Shown here: in pieces, positions 10,488 through 20,285 of the stretch
Layout: every line of letters begins with the position of its first letter
Numbering within the stretch: the first letter of the stretch is position 1
From: Deltaproteobacteria bacterium
GTDB lineage: Bacteria > Desulfobacterota_D > UBA1144 > Nemesobacterales > UBA2774
Direction: 5' to 3'
NCBI GenBank assembly: GCA_040223695.1
Contig: JAVKFU010000013.1
Location: 59,321 to 123,320 of the forward strand
DNA: 64,000 bases
Translations under genes and position numbers: made by a program
Notes under the pieces: generated by a model
What the model was told of the DNA's origin: nothing
Seen by the model: the letters and a program-made list of their open reading frames with translations, nothing else
Databases searched by the model: none

Positions 10488-11385
10488 TTTTTTCCTTTCC
10501 TATTATTTTTACCTCCGTTTCAAGGGTGATTCCCCTTTTAAGCAACGCCTCTTTTTTCGCGGTCTCTATCAGCCGAAGCACGTCGCTTGCTTTCGCGCCA
10601 CCGGAGTTAACGATAAAATTCGCGTGCAGCTCGGAAAATCTCGCCCCTCCAATTCCAAATCCCTTGAGTCCGAGCTCTTCCAGGAGTCTTCCCGCCGCAA
10701 TATCAGGCGGATTCTTAAAAATGGAGCCTGTATTGGACATTTTGATGGGCTGTGTCCGGTTTCTGCGCTCCATATATTCCTTTACATTCTTTTCTACTTC
10801 CTCTTTATTCCCCTTTCTGAGTCCGAAGACAGCTCTTGTGATTACGCATCCCTCGGGCAGATGACTCTTCCGGTATTCGAATTTAATTTCATTCCTGTCA
10901 ATGGCAATTTCCTTACCGTCAAGCCACACCCAAACCGTCTCCAGGACATCTTTTATCTCGCCGTTATTGGCTCCCGCGTTCATGAATATCCCGCCTCCGA
11001 CAGTTCCCGGAATGCCGGCGGCGAATTCAAAACCGGTAAGACCGGCTTTAACCGTTTTGTTCAGTATGGTTCCGAGCACGGCTCCCGTCTCGGCGAAAAC
11101 CTTTTCGTCTTCCCCTATCTGAATATTTTTCAACTTTCTGGTAGATACAACCACGCCGTCTATACCGTCATCGTACACTACCGTGTTTGAACCCGCGCCG
11201 AGCACGACCCTGGGCGTATCGGTTTCCGACAGCAGATTCAGCACCTTTATAAACTGCTCCATGTTCCCAGGAGTGACGACAAAATCGGCACTACCCCCTA
11301 CGCGGAGAGAGGTGTATTTATTCATGGGGAATTTTTGATCGACCTCGCAGCCGATAAGCTCCAATTGACACTCCAAAACACTCAT
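10474..11385 (-). CDS. murB: UDP-N-acetylenolpyruvoylglucosamine reductase
   Basis: FAD-binding domain (RVGGSADFVV, GAGSN) and a MurB C-terminal domain. Confidence 0.9.
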   Translation of the reverse strand: MSVLECQLELIGCEVDQKFPMNKYTSLRVGGSADFVVTPGNMEQFIKVLNLLSETDTPRVVLGAGSNTVVYDDGIDGVVVSTRKLKNIQIGEDEKVFAETGAVLGTILNKTVKAGLTGFEFAAGIPGTVGGGIFMNAGANNGEIKDVLETVWVWLDGKEIAIDRNEIKFEYRKSHLPEGCVITRAVFGLRKGNKEEVEKNVKEYMERRNRTQPIKMSNTGSIFKNPPDIAAGRLLEELGLKGFGIGGARFSELHANFIVNSGGAKASDVLRLIETAKKEALLKRGITLETEVKIIGKEKSGRE

Positions 11386-12749
11386 GCGATTTCCTCTGCT
11401 ATTTTCTCCCCTATAGTCCAGACATTTCCGGCCCCGAGGGTAATAACGACGTCGCCGGGCTTTAATAAATTCAGAACCGAGGCCTCTACGTCATTACTGC
11501 CATTTGAGTAAAACACGTTTTTGTGCCCGGCCTCCTTTACAGACCGGAACAGGGACTCTGATGTAACGCCTTCTATCGGCTCCTCTCCGGCCGCGTATAT
11601 ATCGAGAAGAAAGAGCACATCTATCTCGCGCAGAACACTTGTAAATTCCTTAAAGAGGCGGCTTGTTCTCGAATATCTGTGGGGCTGAAAAATCGCCACA
11701 ATCCTGCCCGCCCCGGAATCCTTAAGGGCATCGATCGTGGCTTTTATCTCACTCGGGTGATGAGCGTAGTCGTCGAGCACCAGTACGTCTCCGCCCCGCC
11801 CCTTGATCTGAAGCCTTCTGTCTATACCCGTGTATTCGAGAAGACCCTGTCTCAGCTGTGCGAAATCCATGCCGAGCTCCATTCCCACGGCAATAGCGGC
11901 GAGTGCATTCTGCGCATTATGCCTGCCGGGGACTTGAAGACTGATTTCACCGAGACGGGAATTATTGAGAAATACCTCGAATTCGGTCTTAAACCCTGAG
12001 ATATTTACATTTTCGGCTCTAAGCTCGGCCTCGGGGCTGAAACCGTAGGTGATCGACCTTTTTTCAAAACCTTTTGAGATTGCGCTCACGCGGGGGCAGT
12101 CCACGCAAACCACCGAAAGTCCGTAGAAAGGAATCTTATCTAAAAAGCTTGAAAACGCCTGTTCCAATTCCCTTATTCCGTTGTAATGATCCATGTGCTC
12201 TTCGTCGATATTGGTCAGAACCGATATCACCGGCGAGAGCAAAAGAAAAGAACCGTCGCTTTCGTCCGCTTCAACTACCATAAAATTTCCCTTTCCGAGC
12301 CGCGCGTTAGTGCCGAGAGCCTTAACCTTGCCGCCCACTACTATAGTCGGGTCAAGCCCGCCGTGGGAGAGTACTGCAGAGATCATAGTAGTCGTTGTTG
12401 TTTTTCCGTGACTTCCGGCGACGGCTATCCCGTATCTGAGCCTCATAAGCTCGGCGAGCATCTGAGCCCTCGGAATCACGGGGATGCCGAGACTCTCAGC
12501 CTCGATTACCTCGGGATTCCGGTTATTAACAGCCGAGGATATCACTACAACCCCGGCTCCGTGAACATTTTCAGCGCTATGTCCCACGGATACCGATGCC
12601 CCGAGATTTCTAAGCCTGTCGATAGTACCGGATTCCCTTAAATCGGAGCCCGTGACTTTATATCCCATATTGATAAGTAGCTCGGCGATACCGCTCATTC
12701 CAATACCGCCTATTCCCACAAAATGAATACGTTTAATTTTTCCGTACAC
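11382..12749 (-). CDS. murC: UDP-N-acetylmuramate--L-alanine ligase
   Basis: HFVGIGGIGMSGIAELL N-terminus and the GSHGKTTTT Mur ligase P-loop. Confidence 0.92.
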   Translation of the reverse strand: MYGKIKRIHFVGIGGIGMSGIAELLINMGYKVTGSDLRESGTIDRLRNLGASVSVGHSAENVHGAGVVVISSAVNNRNPEVIEAESLGIPVIPRAQMLAELMRLRYGIAVAGSHGKTTTTTMISAVLSHGGLDPTIVVGGKVKALGTNARLGKGNFMVVEADESDGSFLLLSPVISVLTNIDEEHMDHYNGIRELEQAFSSFLDKIPFYGLSVVCVDCPRVSAISKGFEKRSITYGFSPEAELRAENVNISGFKTEFEVFLNNSRLGEISLQVPGRHNAQNALAAIAVGMELGMDFAQLRQGLLEYTGIDRRLQIKGRGGDVLVLDDYAHHPSEIKATIDALKDSGAGRIVAIFQPHRYSRTSRLFKEFTSVLREIDVLFLLDIYAAGEEPIEGVTSESLFRSVKEAGHKNVFYSNGSNDVEASVLNLLKPGDVVITLGAGNVWTIGEKIAEEIA

Positions 12750-13819
12750 TAAATCTCTCCGCCCAGTTTTGATATTTCGTCCGCTATCGCCCCTGCGGCT
12801 CCCGGTTTCCCCAGGGCAGCGGCGGCGGACGCCATGCTATTTAGTTTGTCTTTCCCAAGCGCCCCGGTCAATGCCCGGGAAAGATTTTCAGGAGTGGCCT
12901 CTTTATCCTCAATGACAATCGCCGCCCCCGCCCGCTCGAGCACCCTCGCGTTTTCCATTTGATGGTTGTTGGCCGCATGGGGATAGGGGACGAGCAGAGA
13001 CGGTTTTCCAAGCGCGGTAATCTCGGATACCGTTCCGGCCCCCGCCCTTCCGATTACGAAGTCGGCGCCGGCGTAAGCGCCGGCCATGTCCTCGATGAAT
13101 GTGAGAACACGGGCTTTAATGCCGAATTTCTGATAGAGATTTTTTACATAATCGTAGTCTTTCAGTCCGGTTTGATGTATTACGGAGATGTCCTCTCTGC
13201 CTAATTCGGCAAGCGCCTCGGGAACGGACGCGTTGAGTCTGTGCGCGCCCTGGCTCCCTCCGAAAACTAGAATCACGACGGCCTCAGCCTTCTTTTCACT
13301 ACCGGCGTTTCGGAGGATTTCATTTCTTACGGGATTCCCGGTGAGAAGAACCTTATCACCGGGGAAATAGGACCTGCTGTCCTCGAAAGCAACAAATACC
13401 CTCTTAACCAGTTTCCCCAATATGCGGTTAGTCACTCCGGGATAGACATTTTGCTCGCAGACAGCTGTTGGGATACCGTAAAGACTCGCCGCAAGCACCA
13501 TAGGGCCCGAAACGTATCCTCCCACGCCTAAAACCGCATCAGGCCTGAAATTTCTTATAACAGACAACGAGTCGAAAAGACCCGCGAGCGAGGAAAAGAT
13601 TGCATTTACACTATTTAACAAGCTCCTGCCCTTTATTCCCCGCGCCCTTATGTGCTCTATCCTAAAACCCCTTTTTGAAAGCAAATCGTTCTCCAACCCT
13701 CTACTCGTACCTACAAAAAGGATGTTGTTCGAGGGATTTCTTCTCTTTATCTCCTCGGCAATCGAGATTGCCGGAAATATATGCCCCCCTGTGCCTCCCC
13801 CGGCAATTATCACCTTCAT
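12749..13819 (-). CDS. murG: UDP-GlcNAc:lipid I N-acetylglucosaminyltransferase
   Basis: GGTGGHIFPA N-terminal GT28 motif; overlaps murC by 1 nt. Confidence 0.92.
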   Translation of the reverse strand: MKVIIAGGGTGGHIFPAISIAEEIKRRNPSNNILFVGTSRGLENDLLSKRGFRIEHIRARGIKGRSLLNSVNAIFSSLAGLFDSLSVIRNFRPDAVLGVGGYVSGPMVLAASLYGIPTAVCEQNVYPGVTNRILGKLVKRVFVAFEDSRSYFPGDKVLLTGNPVRNEILRNAGSEKKAEAVVILVFGGSQGAHRLNASVPEALAELGREDISVIHQTGLKDYDYVKNLYQKFGIKARVLTFIEDMAGAYAGADFVIGRAGAGTVSEITALGKPSLLVPYPHAANNHQMENARVLERAGAAIVIEDKEATPENLSRALTGALGKDKLNSMASAAAALGKPGAAGAIADEISKLGGEI

Positions 13820-15057
13820 TTCAAGCCCGATTTAGATACGTTAAGTATTATTCCTACAGCTGATAGCGTAGTTATGAGAGACGTTCCTCCGTAACTGATG
13901 AACGGGAGGGTGAGGCCCTTTGTGGGGAATAATCCGACCGCAACCGCCATATTTATACCGGCCTGAAGCGCAATCAGAAGAATACAGCCGAATACCAGAT
14001 AACAACCGAACAGATCCGGGGCCCTTAGCGAGACCCTCATGCTTCTTACGAACAGGACCGCGAAGCCGATTATTACGAGCGCAATACCGATAAAACCCAG
14101 CTCCTCGCCTATTATGGAAAATATGAAATCAGTATGAGCCTGCGGGAGAAAGAACAGCTTCTGAGAGCTGTCGCCGAGCCCGGAACCGTAAACCCCTCCG
14201 TGAGCGAATGCCACAAATGACTGTATGGCCTGGTAACCGGAGCCGAGAGGGTCTTGCCAGGGGTCGAGAAACGACATCACGCGGTTCATCCTGTAGCCCT
14301 TGGTTACGACGGCGAGACACAGGAATATTACCGAAACGACACCTACCGGGATCAGGTATTTCATTTTTACTTCCCCGATAAATAGCATTCCGAAAAGAAC
14401 GACAAGCATCGTCGTCGCGGTGCCGAAATCGGGTTCGAGAAGCACCAGAATTACATAAACGCCCGCAATCAGTATGTGAGAAGCGAAACCGACTAAAAAG
14501 TTATCGAGCTTGTCCCTTTTCTTCGTAAGCGAATGGGCAAGATATAGAACGAGTATATATTTAGCTATCTCGGAAGGCTGGAAGGAGAAAAATCCGAGGT
14601 CTATCCATCTTCTTGCCCCGCTCACCTGCTTTCCGATTCCCGGAACCAGCACGATGATCAGCAGGACAAAGCCGATCAGGTAAGCGGGATAAACCAGCTT
14701 TCTCAGAACCCTGTAATCCAGTCTCATAAAGAAAAACATGCATATAAGTCCGATCACAAGATATATTGAATGCCGAATCAAAAAGTAATTCGCGTCGCCG
14801 TACATCTCAAGGGAGTAAACCGAGCTTGTGCTGTAGACCATAAGGAGCCCGACCGCCGTTAGAAAAACGGCGGAGATTATTACGCCCAGATCGAACGTTC
14901 TTCCTTTCGCGGAACTAAATATTTCGAACAATTTCCTTGTATCTCCTTCCTCTGTCTTGATACGACTGAAACATATCGAAGCTTGAACATGCCGGTGAAA
15001 ATAAAACCGTGTCGCCGGGGTCGAGGTTCTCGAGCGTTTTATCCACGGCGTCATCAA
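13816..15057 (-). CDS. ftsW: Peptidoglycan glycosyltransferase FtsW (SEDS family); true start probably internal, near 14900-14960
   Basis: Multi-TM SEDS protein (PQAHTDFIFS, ALGAAGS-like motifs). The longest ORF overlaps the murD 3' end by 142 nt, so the start is likely further downstream. Confidence 0.85.
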   Translation of the reverse strand: MMTPWIKRSRTSTPATRFYFHRHVQASICFSRIKTEEGDTRKLFEIFSSAKGRTFDLGVIISAVFLTAVGLLMVYSTSSVYSLEMYGDANYFLIRHSIYLVIGLICMFFFMRLDYRVLRKLVYPAYLIGFVLLIIVLVPGIGKQVSGARRWIDLGFFSFQPSEIAKYILVLYLAHSLTKKRDKLDNFLVGFASHILIAGVYVILVLLEPDFGTATTMLVVLFGMLFIGEVKMKYLIPVGVVSVIFLCLAVVTKGYRMNRVMSFLDPWQDPLGSGYQAIQSFVAFAHGGVYGSGLGDSSQKLFFLPQAHTDFIFSIIGEELGFIGIALVIIGFAVLFVRSMRVSLRAPDLFGCYLVFGCILLIALQAGINMAVAVGLFPTKGLTLPFISYGGTSLITTLSAVGIILNVSKSGLK

Positions 15058-16270
15058 GGGTATCCGCTAAAACCGTATTGACCGCTGACCCGAGCTCCTT
15101 TTGCATTCTGAATCTGGACTCCCCCATCAGCACCATGCACTTTACTTTTTTCATTATCACGTCCCTGAGCGGATCGAAGCTTACGCCCTTATCCTTGCCG
15201 CCTGCGATAAGAATTATCGGAGCGGGAAGGCTCTCAAGCGCCCGAAGCGTGGCCCCCGGACTCGTCGATTTGGAATCGTTATAGAACTGCGCTCCTCTTA
15301 TCACTCCGAGAAACTCGTTTCTGTGGGCTAGGGGACTGAACTCAATAACGGCTTCTCTCAGAACTTCAGGGTCGCATCCGAAGACCCTTGTCGCCGCGAT
15401 AGCGGCCATTATGTTTTCAATATTGTGGTAACCGATCAGCTTGACTCCCCGCATATCGTACGACTCGCTGCCGTAATTTATACTGCACCCGTCATATGAA
15501 ATACCGTTTTCGTCCCGACTATCGCCGAACGGGATTTTTCTTGATTTTATCCGGGGCAGATATTTATTTATCACCTCATCGTCGGCCTTGTAAATACACC
15601 AGTCGCTCACGGACTGGTTGGAAAAAATCTTCATCTTGGATTCAACATATTCATCAAACGTCGCGTGATGATCCAGGTGATTGGGGGAGATGTTGAGAAT
15701 TACGGCTACATCGGGACGGAAGGTTTTTATGCCCTGGAGCTGAAAACTGCTTAATTCAAGCACTAGTATGTCGTAACGCTCATAATCCCGGGCGATCTCA
15801 ATAAGCGGCGTGCCTATGTTGGCGCCTAAGAACACCTTTTTACCGTTTTTTTCGAGGATGTGCGAAATCAATGTCGAGGTAGTGGTTTTTCCGTTCGAAC
15901 CTGTAACGGCGATTACGGGCTTGTCGATGAATCTCGACGCGAGCTCGACTTCGCTGATTACCTCTATGCCTTCCTCCAGCGCATCCCGGACGGGAGGTAT
16001 ATTAAACGACACACCGGGGCTCAGAACGATGGTCTCGGCGGATAGAAATGTTTCCCTGATGTGCCTTCCGGCCTCGAGCCTGACTCCCCGGGAACCGAGC
16101 ATCTCGGCCTGTTCCCTTATTTTTTCAATAGGCGAATTGTCGCTCACAGACACTTTCGCCCCCTTTTTCAGGAGAAATTTAACAGTCGCGATACCGGTCT
16201 TACCGACTCCCACGACAAGCACCTTTCTTCCGTTAAGTTCCATAAGAGCTTTATTTCCACCACCTTGCAA
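14915..16270 (-). CDS. murD: UDP-N-acetylmuramoylalanine--D-glutamate ligase
   Basis: GVGKTGIA dinucleotide-like N-terminus and the GSNGKTTT Mur ligase P-loop. Confidence 0.9.
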   Translation of the reverse strand: MQGGGNKALMELNGRKVLVVGVGKTGIATVKFLLKKGAKVSVSDNSPIEKIREQAEMLGSRGVRLEAGRHIRETFLSAETIVLSPGVSFNIPPVRDALEEGIEVISEVELASRFIDKPVIAVTGSNGKTTTSTLISHILEKNGKKVFLGANIGTPLIEIARDYERYDILVLELSSFQLQGIKTFRPDVAVILNISPNHLDHHATFDEYVESKMKIFSNQSVSDWCIYKADDEVINKYLPRIKSRKIPFGDSRDENGISYDGCSINYGSESYDMRGVKLIGYHNIENIMAAIAATRVFGCDPEVLREAVIEFSPLAHRNEFLGVIRGAQFYNDSKSTSPGATLRALESLPAPIILIAGGKDKGVSFDPLRDVIMKKVKCMVLMGESRFRMQKELGSAVNTVLADTLDDAVDKTLENLDPGDTVLFSPACSSFDMFQSYQDRGRRYKEIVRNI

Positions 16271-16293
16271 ATAAGTACCTGTAATTCTAAAAA

Positions 16294-17403
16294 CTATCTC
16301 AATTTGAGTGTCGAAAGAGCGAACAAAGAAAGAACGAGAGAAATGATCCAGAACCTTATGACCACTTTGGACTCAGGCCAGCCGCAGAGCTCAAAATGAT
16401 GATGGAGAGGAGCCATCTTGAAAACCCTCCTGCCGGTGAGCTTAAACGACCCGACCTGTATAATCACCGACAGAGCCTCCATGACGAAGAGACCGCCTAC
16501 GATTATTAACAGGATTTCCTGCTTTATTATAAGCGCGACAGAGCCTATAGCGGCGCCTAAGGCGAGCGACCCCACGTCTCCCATAAATACCTGGGCCGGA
16601 TGGGAATTGAACCAGAGGAACCCCAGACAGGCTCCCCCGACCGCGGCCAGAAATACGGCAAGCTCTCCCCCCTCGGGGATGTATGGTATCTGAAGATACC
16701 TTGAGAACTCGACGTGACCGGAAAGATAGGCGAATACAATATAAGTCGCCGCCGCTACAACGATAGAGCCTATAGCAAGCCCGTCCAGTCCGTCCGTGAG
16801 GTTAACGCCGTTTGAAGCCCCCGCTACGACCATAATAGCGAAGGGGAGATAGAACCAGCCGAGATTAATCACGGCCTTTTTGAAAAAAGGGAAAACGACG
16901 GACGTAAAGGAATAATCAGAAAACCGGCCTGCGTTTGCAGCCATGCTAAATACGCTCACATCGCTCATAAGAACCAGAACGAATAATAATCCGAAGACCA
17001 ATTGAAGCGTGAATTTAACGCGCGCCTTCATACCCTTTCCCCTTGTAAATTTTAACCAGTCATCGAGAAACCCGATGAGGGCGTAGCTAAAGGTAAAGAG
17101 GAGTACAATCCAGATAATTTCGCTCGTGAGGTTTACCCAGAGCAGCGAAGAGAACCCTATCGCTATAACGATAAAAACCCCTCCCATAGTGGGTGTGCCT
17201 GCTTTGGATTTATGGGTTTCAGGACCGTCGTCGCGTATACTCTCCCTGAACTGTCTTTTTGTGAGGAACTTAATAAAAAGCCCTCCGAGAACAATACTGA
17301 TCAGGAATGCAGTAACGCCGGCTCCGAACGAGCGAAACGTTATGTACCTGAAGACATTAAAAAGTATAAAATCACCCTTAAGTAGATAGAGAAGATGAAA
17401 CAT
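16294..17403 (-). CDS. mraY: Phospho-N-acetylmuramoyl-pentapeptide transferase
   Basis: Multi-TM protein with the NLTDGLDGLA and PEGGELA MraY motifs. Confidence 0.95.
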   Translation of the reverse strand: MFHLLYLLKGDFILFNVFRYITFRSFGAGVTAFLISIVLGGLFIKFLTKRQFRESIRDDGPETHKSKAGTPTMGGVFIVIAIGFSSLLWVNLTSEIIWIVLLFTFSYALIGFLDDWLKFTRGKGMKARVKFTLQLVFGLLFVLVLMSDVSVFSMAANAGRFSDYSFTSVVFPFFKKAVINLGWFYLPFAIMVVAGASNGVNLTDGLDGLAIGSIVVAAATYIVFAYLSGHVEFSRYLQIPYIPEGGELAVFLAAVGGACLGFLWFNSHPAQVFMGDVGSLALGAAIGSVALIIKQEILLIIVGGLFVMEALSVIIQVGSFKLTGRRVFKMAPLHHHFELCGWPESKVVIRFWIISLVLSLFALSTLKLR

Positions 17404-18779
17404 TACGATATTCCCTCAACTAAAATCTTTGTAACTTCTTCCATTCTTGAGCCGCGGGAACCTTTAATTAGTACGAGATCCCCGGGTTTTGCGATGGCTT
17501 TCACTATATCGGCGGCTTCTCCGTGGGTCGCGGCCAGGGAACCTTCTACGGCATTCCCGGCCCCGTTCAGAATCGAGCTCCCGAATTTTCCACAGGCTAC
17601 AACGTAGTCAACGCCCAAAGCGGACAAATATTCTCCCAGTCCCGCGTGCTCTTTCCCGCTCGCAGCTCCGAGCTCAAGCATATCACCCAGGACCGCTATC
17701 GCTCTCCCGCCCCCCTTTAACTTAACGAGCTCGTCTATGGCGCTCCGCATGGATTCGGGATTCGCGTTGTACGTGTCGTTAATAATCCTGAAACCCCTTG
17801 GGCTCTCCACGACCTCAAGCCTCATGTGCTCGGGTGTAAACGTCTCAAGCCCGGACTTAATCTCCTCTTTGCCGCAGCCAAGGGACAAGGCTATACCGGA
17901 CGCGCAAAGGGCGTTCATAACGTTATGTATACCGATCCCCGTCAGTTCGACCGGGAACTCCGTTCCTTCTATGCACATCAGGAACCCGATACCGGAAAAT
18001 TCATTCTGCTCGATTTTTCTTGCCGACAACATTGTGCCAGGCGATTTTAGTCCGTAAGTGATCTTGTCGCATTTCGTATTCTCGGCGATTTGGGCAATCC
18101 TCGGATCATCCGCGTTTACGACAAACGTCCTGCCCCCCTCAAAGCTTTCCACAAGCTCGCCCTTTGCTCTTGCTACCCCGTCTATTCCGCCCAGTTTTTC
18201 AAGATGCGCCCTGCCTATGTTCGTAATAGCTCCCACATCTGGATCCGCTATCTCGGCTAGCCTTCTAATTTCTCCGAAATCGTTCATTCCGAGCTCGACC
18301 ACAGCGGCCCTGAAACTTTCATTAAGACCCAGGAGCGTGAGCGGCAGTCCGATGAGGTTATTAAAATTGCCTGTATTTTTAAGTGTCGGATGCTTCTGTG
18401 AAACTATGCTCCACACCATCTCCTTCGTGGTGGTCTTTCCGTTAGACCCGGTAATCGCCGCAAGCTTAAGATCGGGAAAACCCTTTCTCCAGCTCGAAGC
18501 CAGGTCCCCGAGAGCTCTCAGAGTAGAAGGCACGCCGATTAAAAGTTTGCCGTTTGCGCGTTGATGCCCCCCCGTCTCGATCACCGCAGCACCTGCCCCC
18601 TTACCGAGAGCCTCGTCCACGAATTCATGACCGTCAAAATTATCGCCCCTGAGGGCGAAAAAGATCTCCCCTCCTCGCACCTTCCTCGAATCGGTGCTGA
18701 CGCCTGAGAAATTACCCTTCCCGAGGCCGGAAACGATCTTTCCATTCATTGAATCAAGTACGAAATCAAGTTCGAGCAT
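17403..18779 (-). CDS. murF: UDP-MurNAc-tripeptide--D-alanyl-D-alanine ligase
   Basis: ITGSNGKTTTKEM P-loop and MurF architecture; overlaps mraY by 1 nt. Confidence 0.9.
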   Translation of the reverse strand: MLELDFVLDSMNGKIVSGLGKGNFSGVSTDSRKVRGGEIFFALRGDNFDGHEFVDEALGKGAGAAVIETGGHQRANGKLLIGVPSTLRALGDLASSWRKGFPDLKLAAITGSNGKTTTKEMVWSIVSQKHPTLKNTGNFNNLIGLPLTLLGLNESFRAAVVELGMNDFGEIRRLAEIADPDVGAITNIGRAHLEKLGGIDGVARAKGELVESFEGGRTFVVNADDPRIAQIAENTKCDKITYGLKSPGTMLSARKIEQNEFSGIGFLMCIEGTEFPVELTGIGIHNVMNALCASGIALSLGCGKEEIKSGLETFTPEHMRLEVVESPRGFRIINDTYNANPESMRSAIDELVKLKGGGRAIAVLGDMLELGAASGKEHAGLGEYLSALGVDYVVACGKFGSSILNGAGNAVEGSLAATHGEAADIVKAIAKPGDLVLIKGSRGSRMEEVTKILVEGIS

Positions 18780-18794
18780 TTTATTCCTGAAAGA

Positions 18795-20285
18795 TTAATT
18801 CTTAATTTCTCTTACCGCCTCCCGAGCAACCTCCCTGTCATCAAACGGGTATTTTTTCGCGCCGATTATCTGATAATCCTCATGCCCCTTGCCAGCAATA
18901 AGCACCGTGTCGTTTTTTTCCGCCACTCCTATGGCCCGCCTTATCGCCTCTTTTCTGTCGGCAACCCTGTAATAGGGCCTGCCGTCGGCTTTGACCTGGA
19001 AGACACCGTGCTCTATCTCATCTATAATGGCCTCGGGAGATTCGGTCCGGGGATTGTCCGAGGTAACGATCAGCACGTCCGAGCGCTCTCTGCCGATAAT
19101 CCCCATTTTGGGCCTCTTGGTCCTGTCCCTGTCCCCGCCGCATCCGAACACGAGGATTATTCTACCGCGTGTGAGGGGTTTTACAGCAAGGAGCACATTA
19201 TTGAGCGCGTCCGGCGTATGGGCATAATCGACCAGTATCCGGATTCCCAGTGGGTTCTCGACCCTCTCCAGTCTTCCCGGAACCGCCGTGAATCCGGATA
19301 CAGCCGCCTCTACGGCTTCAACGGATGATCCCGTGAAAAGGGCAGAAGAAAGGGCAGCCAGAATATTGGCAAGATTATGCTCGCCGAATAATTTCGAATT
19401 AATCTCTAAGTTGCCGTAAGGCGTTTTGACACGCGCGTATATACCACAATCGGTGATTCTGCTCTCCTCAACGTATACCGAAGCATTTACGTCCTTGAGG
19501 GAGTAAGTGATGAGCTCACCGGGAGCATCTTTTGCTATTTCGGCCCCCGCAGGGTCGTCTAAATTTATTATAGAGAACGTATGTTTCTTTTCACTTTTAT
19601 ACAAAAGCTCCGTAAAGAGCCTCTTTTTGACGTTCAGGTAATCTTCTATCGTTCCGTGGTAATCGAGGTGATCCTGAGTGAGATTTGTGAACACCGCCGC
19701 GTCGAAATGACATTCGAGTACTCTCTCTTTATCGATTGCATGAGATGACACTTCCATAGCTACATTGTCCGTGCCCGAGTCCCTCATTTCCCTTAACATT
19801 CTCATTAAATCAAGTGATTCGGGAGTTGTCATAGAGGCTTTAAATTTTTTACCGCCGAACCTGTAATCTATAGTCCCGATAATACCCGGGTTCTTGTTTT
19901 CTTCTTTCCATATCGATTCGAGAAGATACGTTACCGTAGTCTTCCCGTTTGTGCCTGTAATCCCCACGAGACAAAGCTCTTTGGTCGGGTGTCGGTAGAA
20001 ATTGGCCGAGACGCCCGCAAGCGCTTCTCTCGAATCAGGCACTTCAATAATTGAAACACCCGGAAAATCTTTTTGCGGATGTTCTTCTAAAATTACCGCC
20101 TTTGCACCCTGCTCTACGGCGGACTCGACGTATTCATGGCCGTCTGTTTTCTCTCCTCTTAAGGCCACAAAGAGATAAGAGTCTCTAATCTGTTGAGAGT
20201 CGAACGAAATTCCTGAAATTTCTAAGCTGTCATGTCCATGTAGGTTTTTTATCTTTAGTCCTTTTATAATATCGCTGAGTATCAT
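18795..20285 (-). CDS. murE: UDP-MurNAc-L-Ala-D-Glu--2,6-diaminopimelate ligase
   Basis: GITGTNGKTT P-loop and a DNPR motif (SDNPRTE) consistent with DAP-adding MurE. Confidence 0.9.
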   Translation of the reverse strand: MILSDIIKGLKIKNLHGHDSLEISGISFDSQQIRDSYLFVALRGEKTDGHEYVESAVEQGAKAVILEEHPQKDFPGVSIIEVPDSREALAGVSANFYRHPTKELCLVGITGTNGKTTVTYLLESIWKEENKNPGIIGTIDYRFGGKKFKASMTTPESLDLMRMLREMRDSGTDNVAMEVSSHAIDKERVLECHFDAAVFTNLTQDHLDYHGTIEDYLNVKKRLFTELLYKSEKKHTFSIINLDDPAGAEIAKDAPGELITYSLKDVNASVYVEESRITDCGIYARVKTPYGNLEINSKLFGEHNLANILAALSSALFTGSSVEAVEAAVSGFTAVPGRLERVENPLGIRILVDYAHTPDALNNVLLAVKPLTRGRIILVFGCGGDRDRTKRPKMGIIGRERSDVLIVTSDNPRTESPEAIIDEIEHGVFQVKADGRPYYRVADRKEAIRRAIGVAEKNDTVLIAGKGHEDYQIIGAKKYPFDDREVAREAVREIKN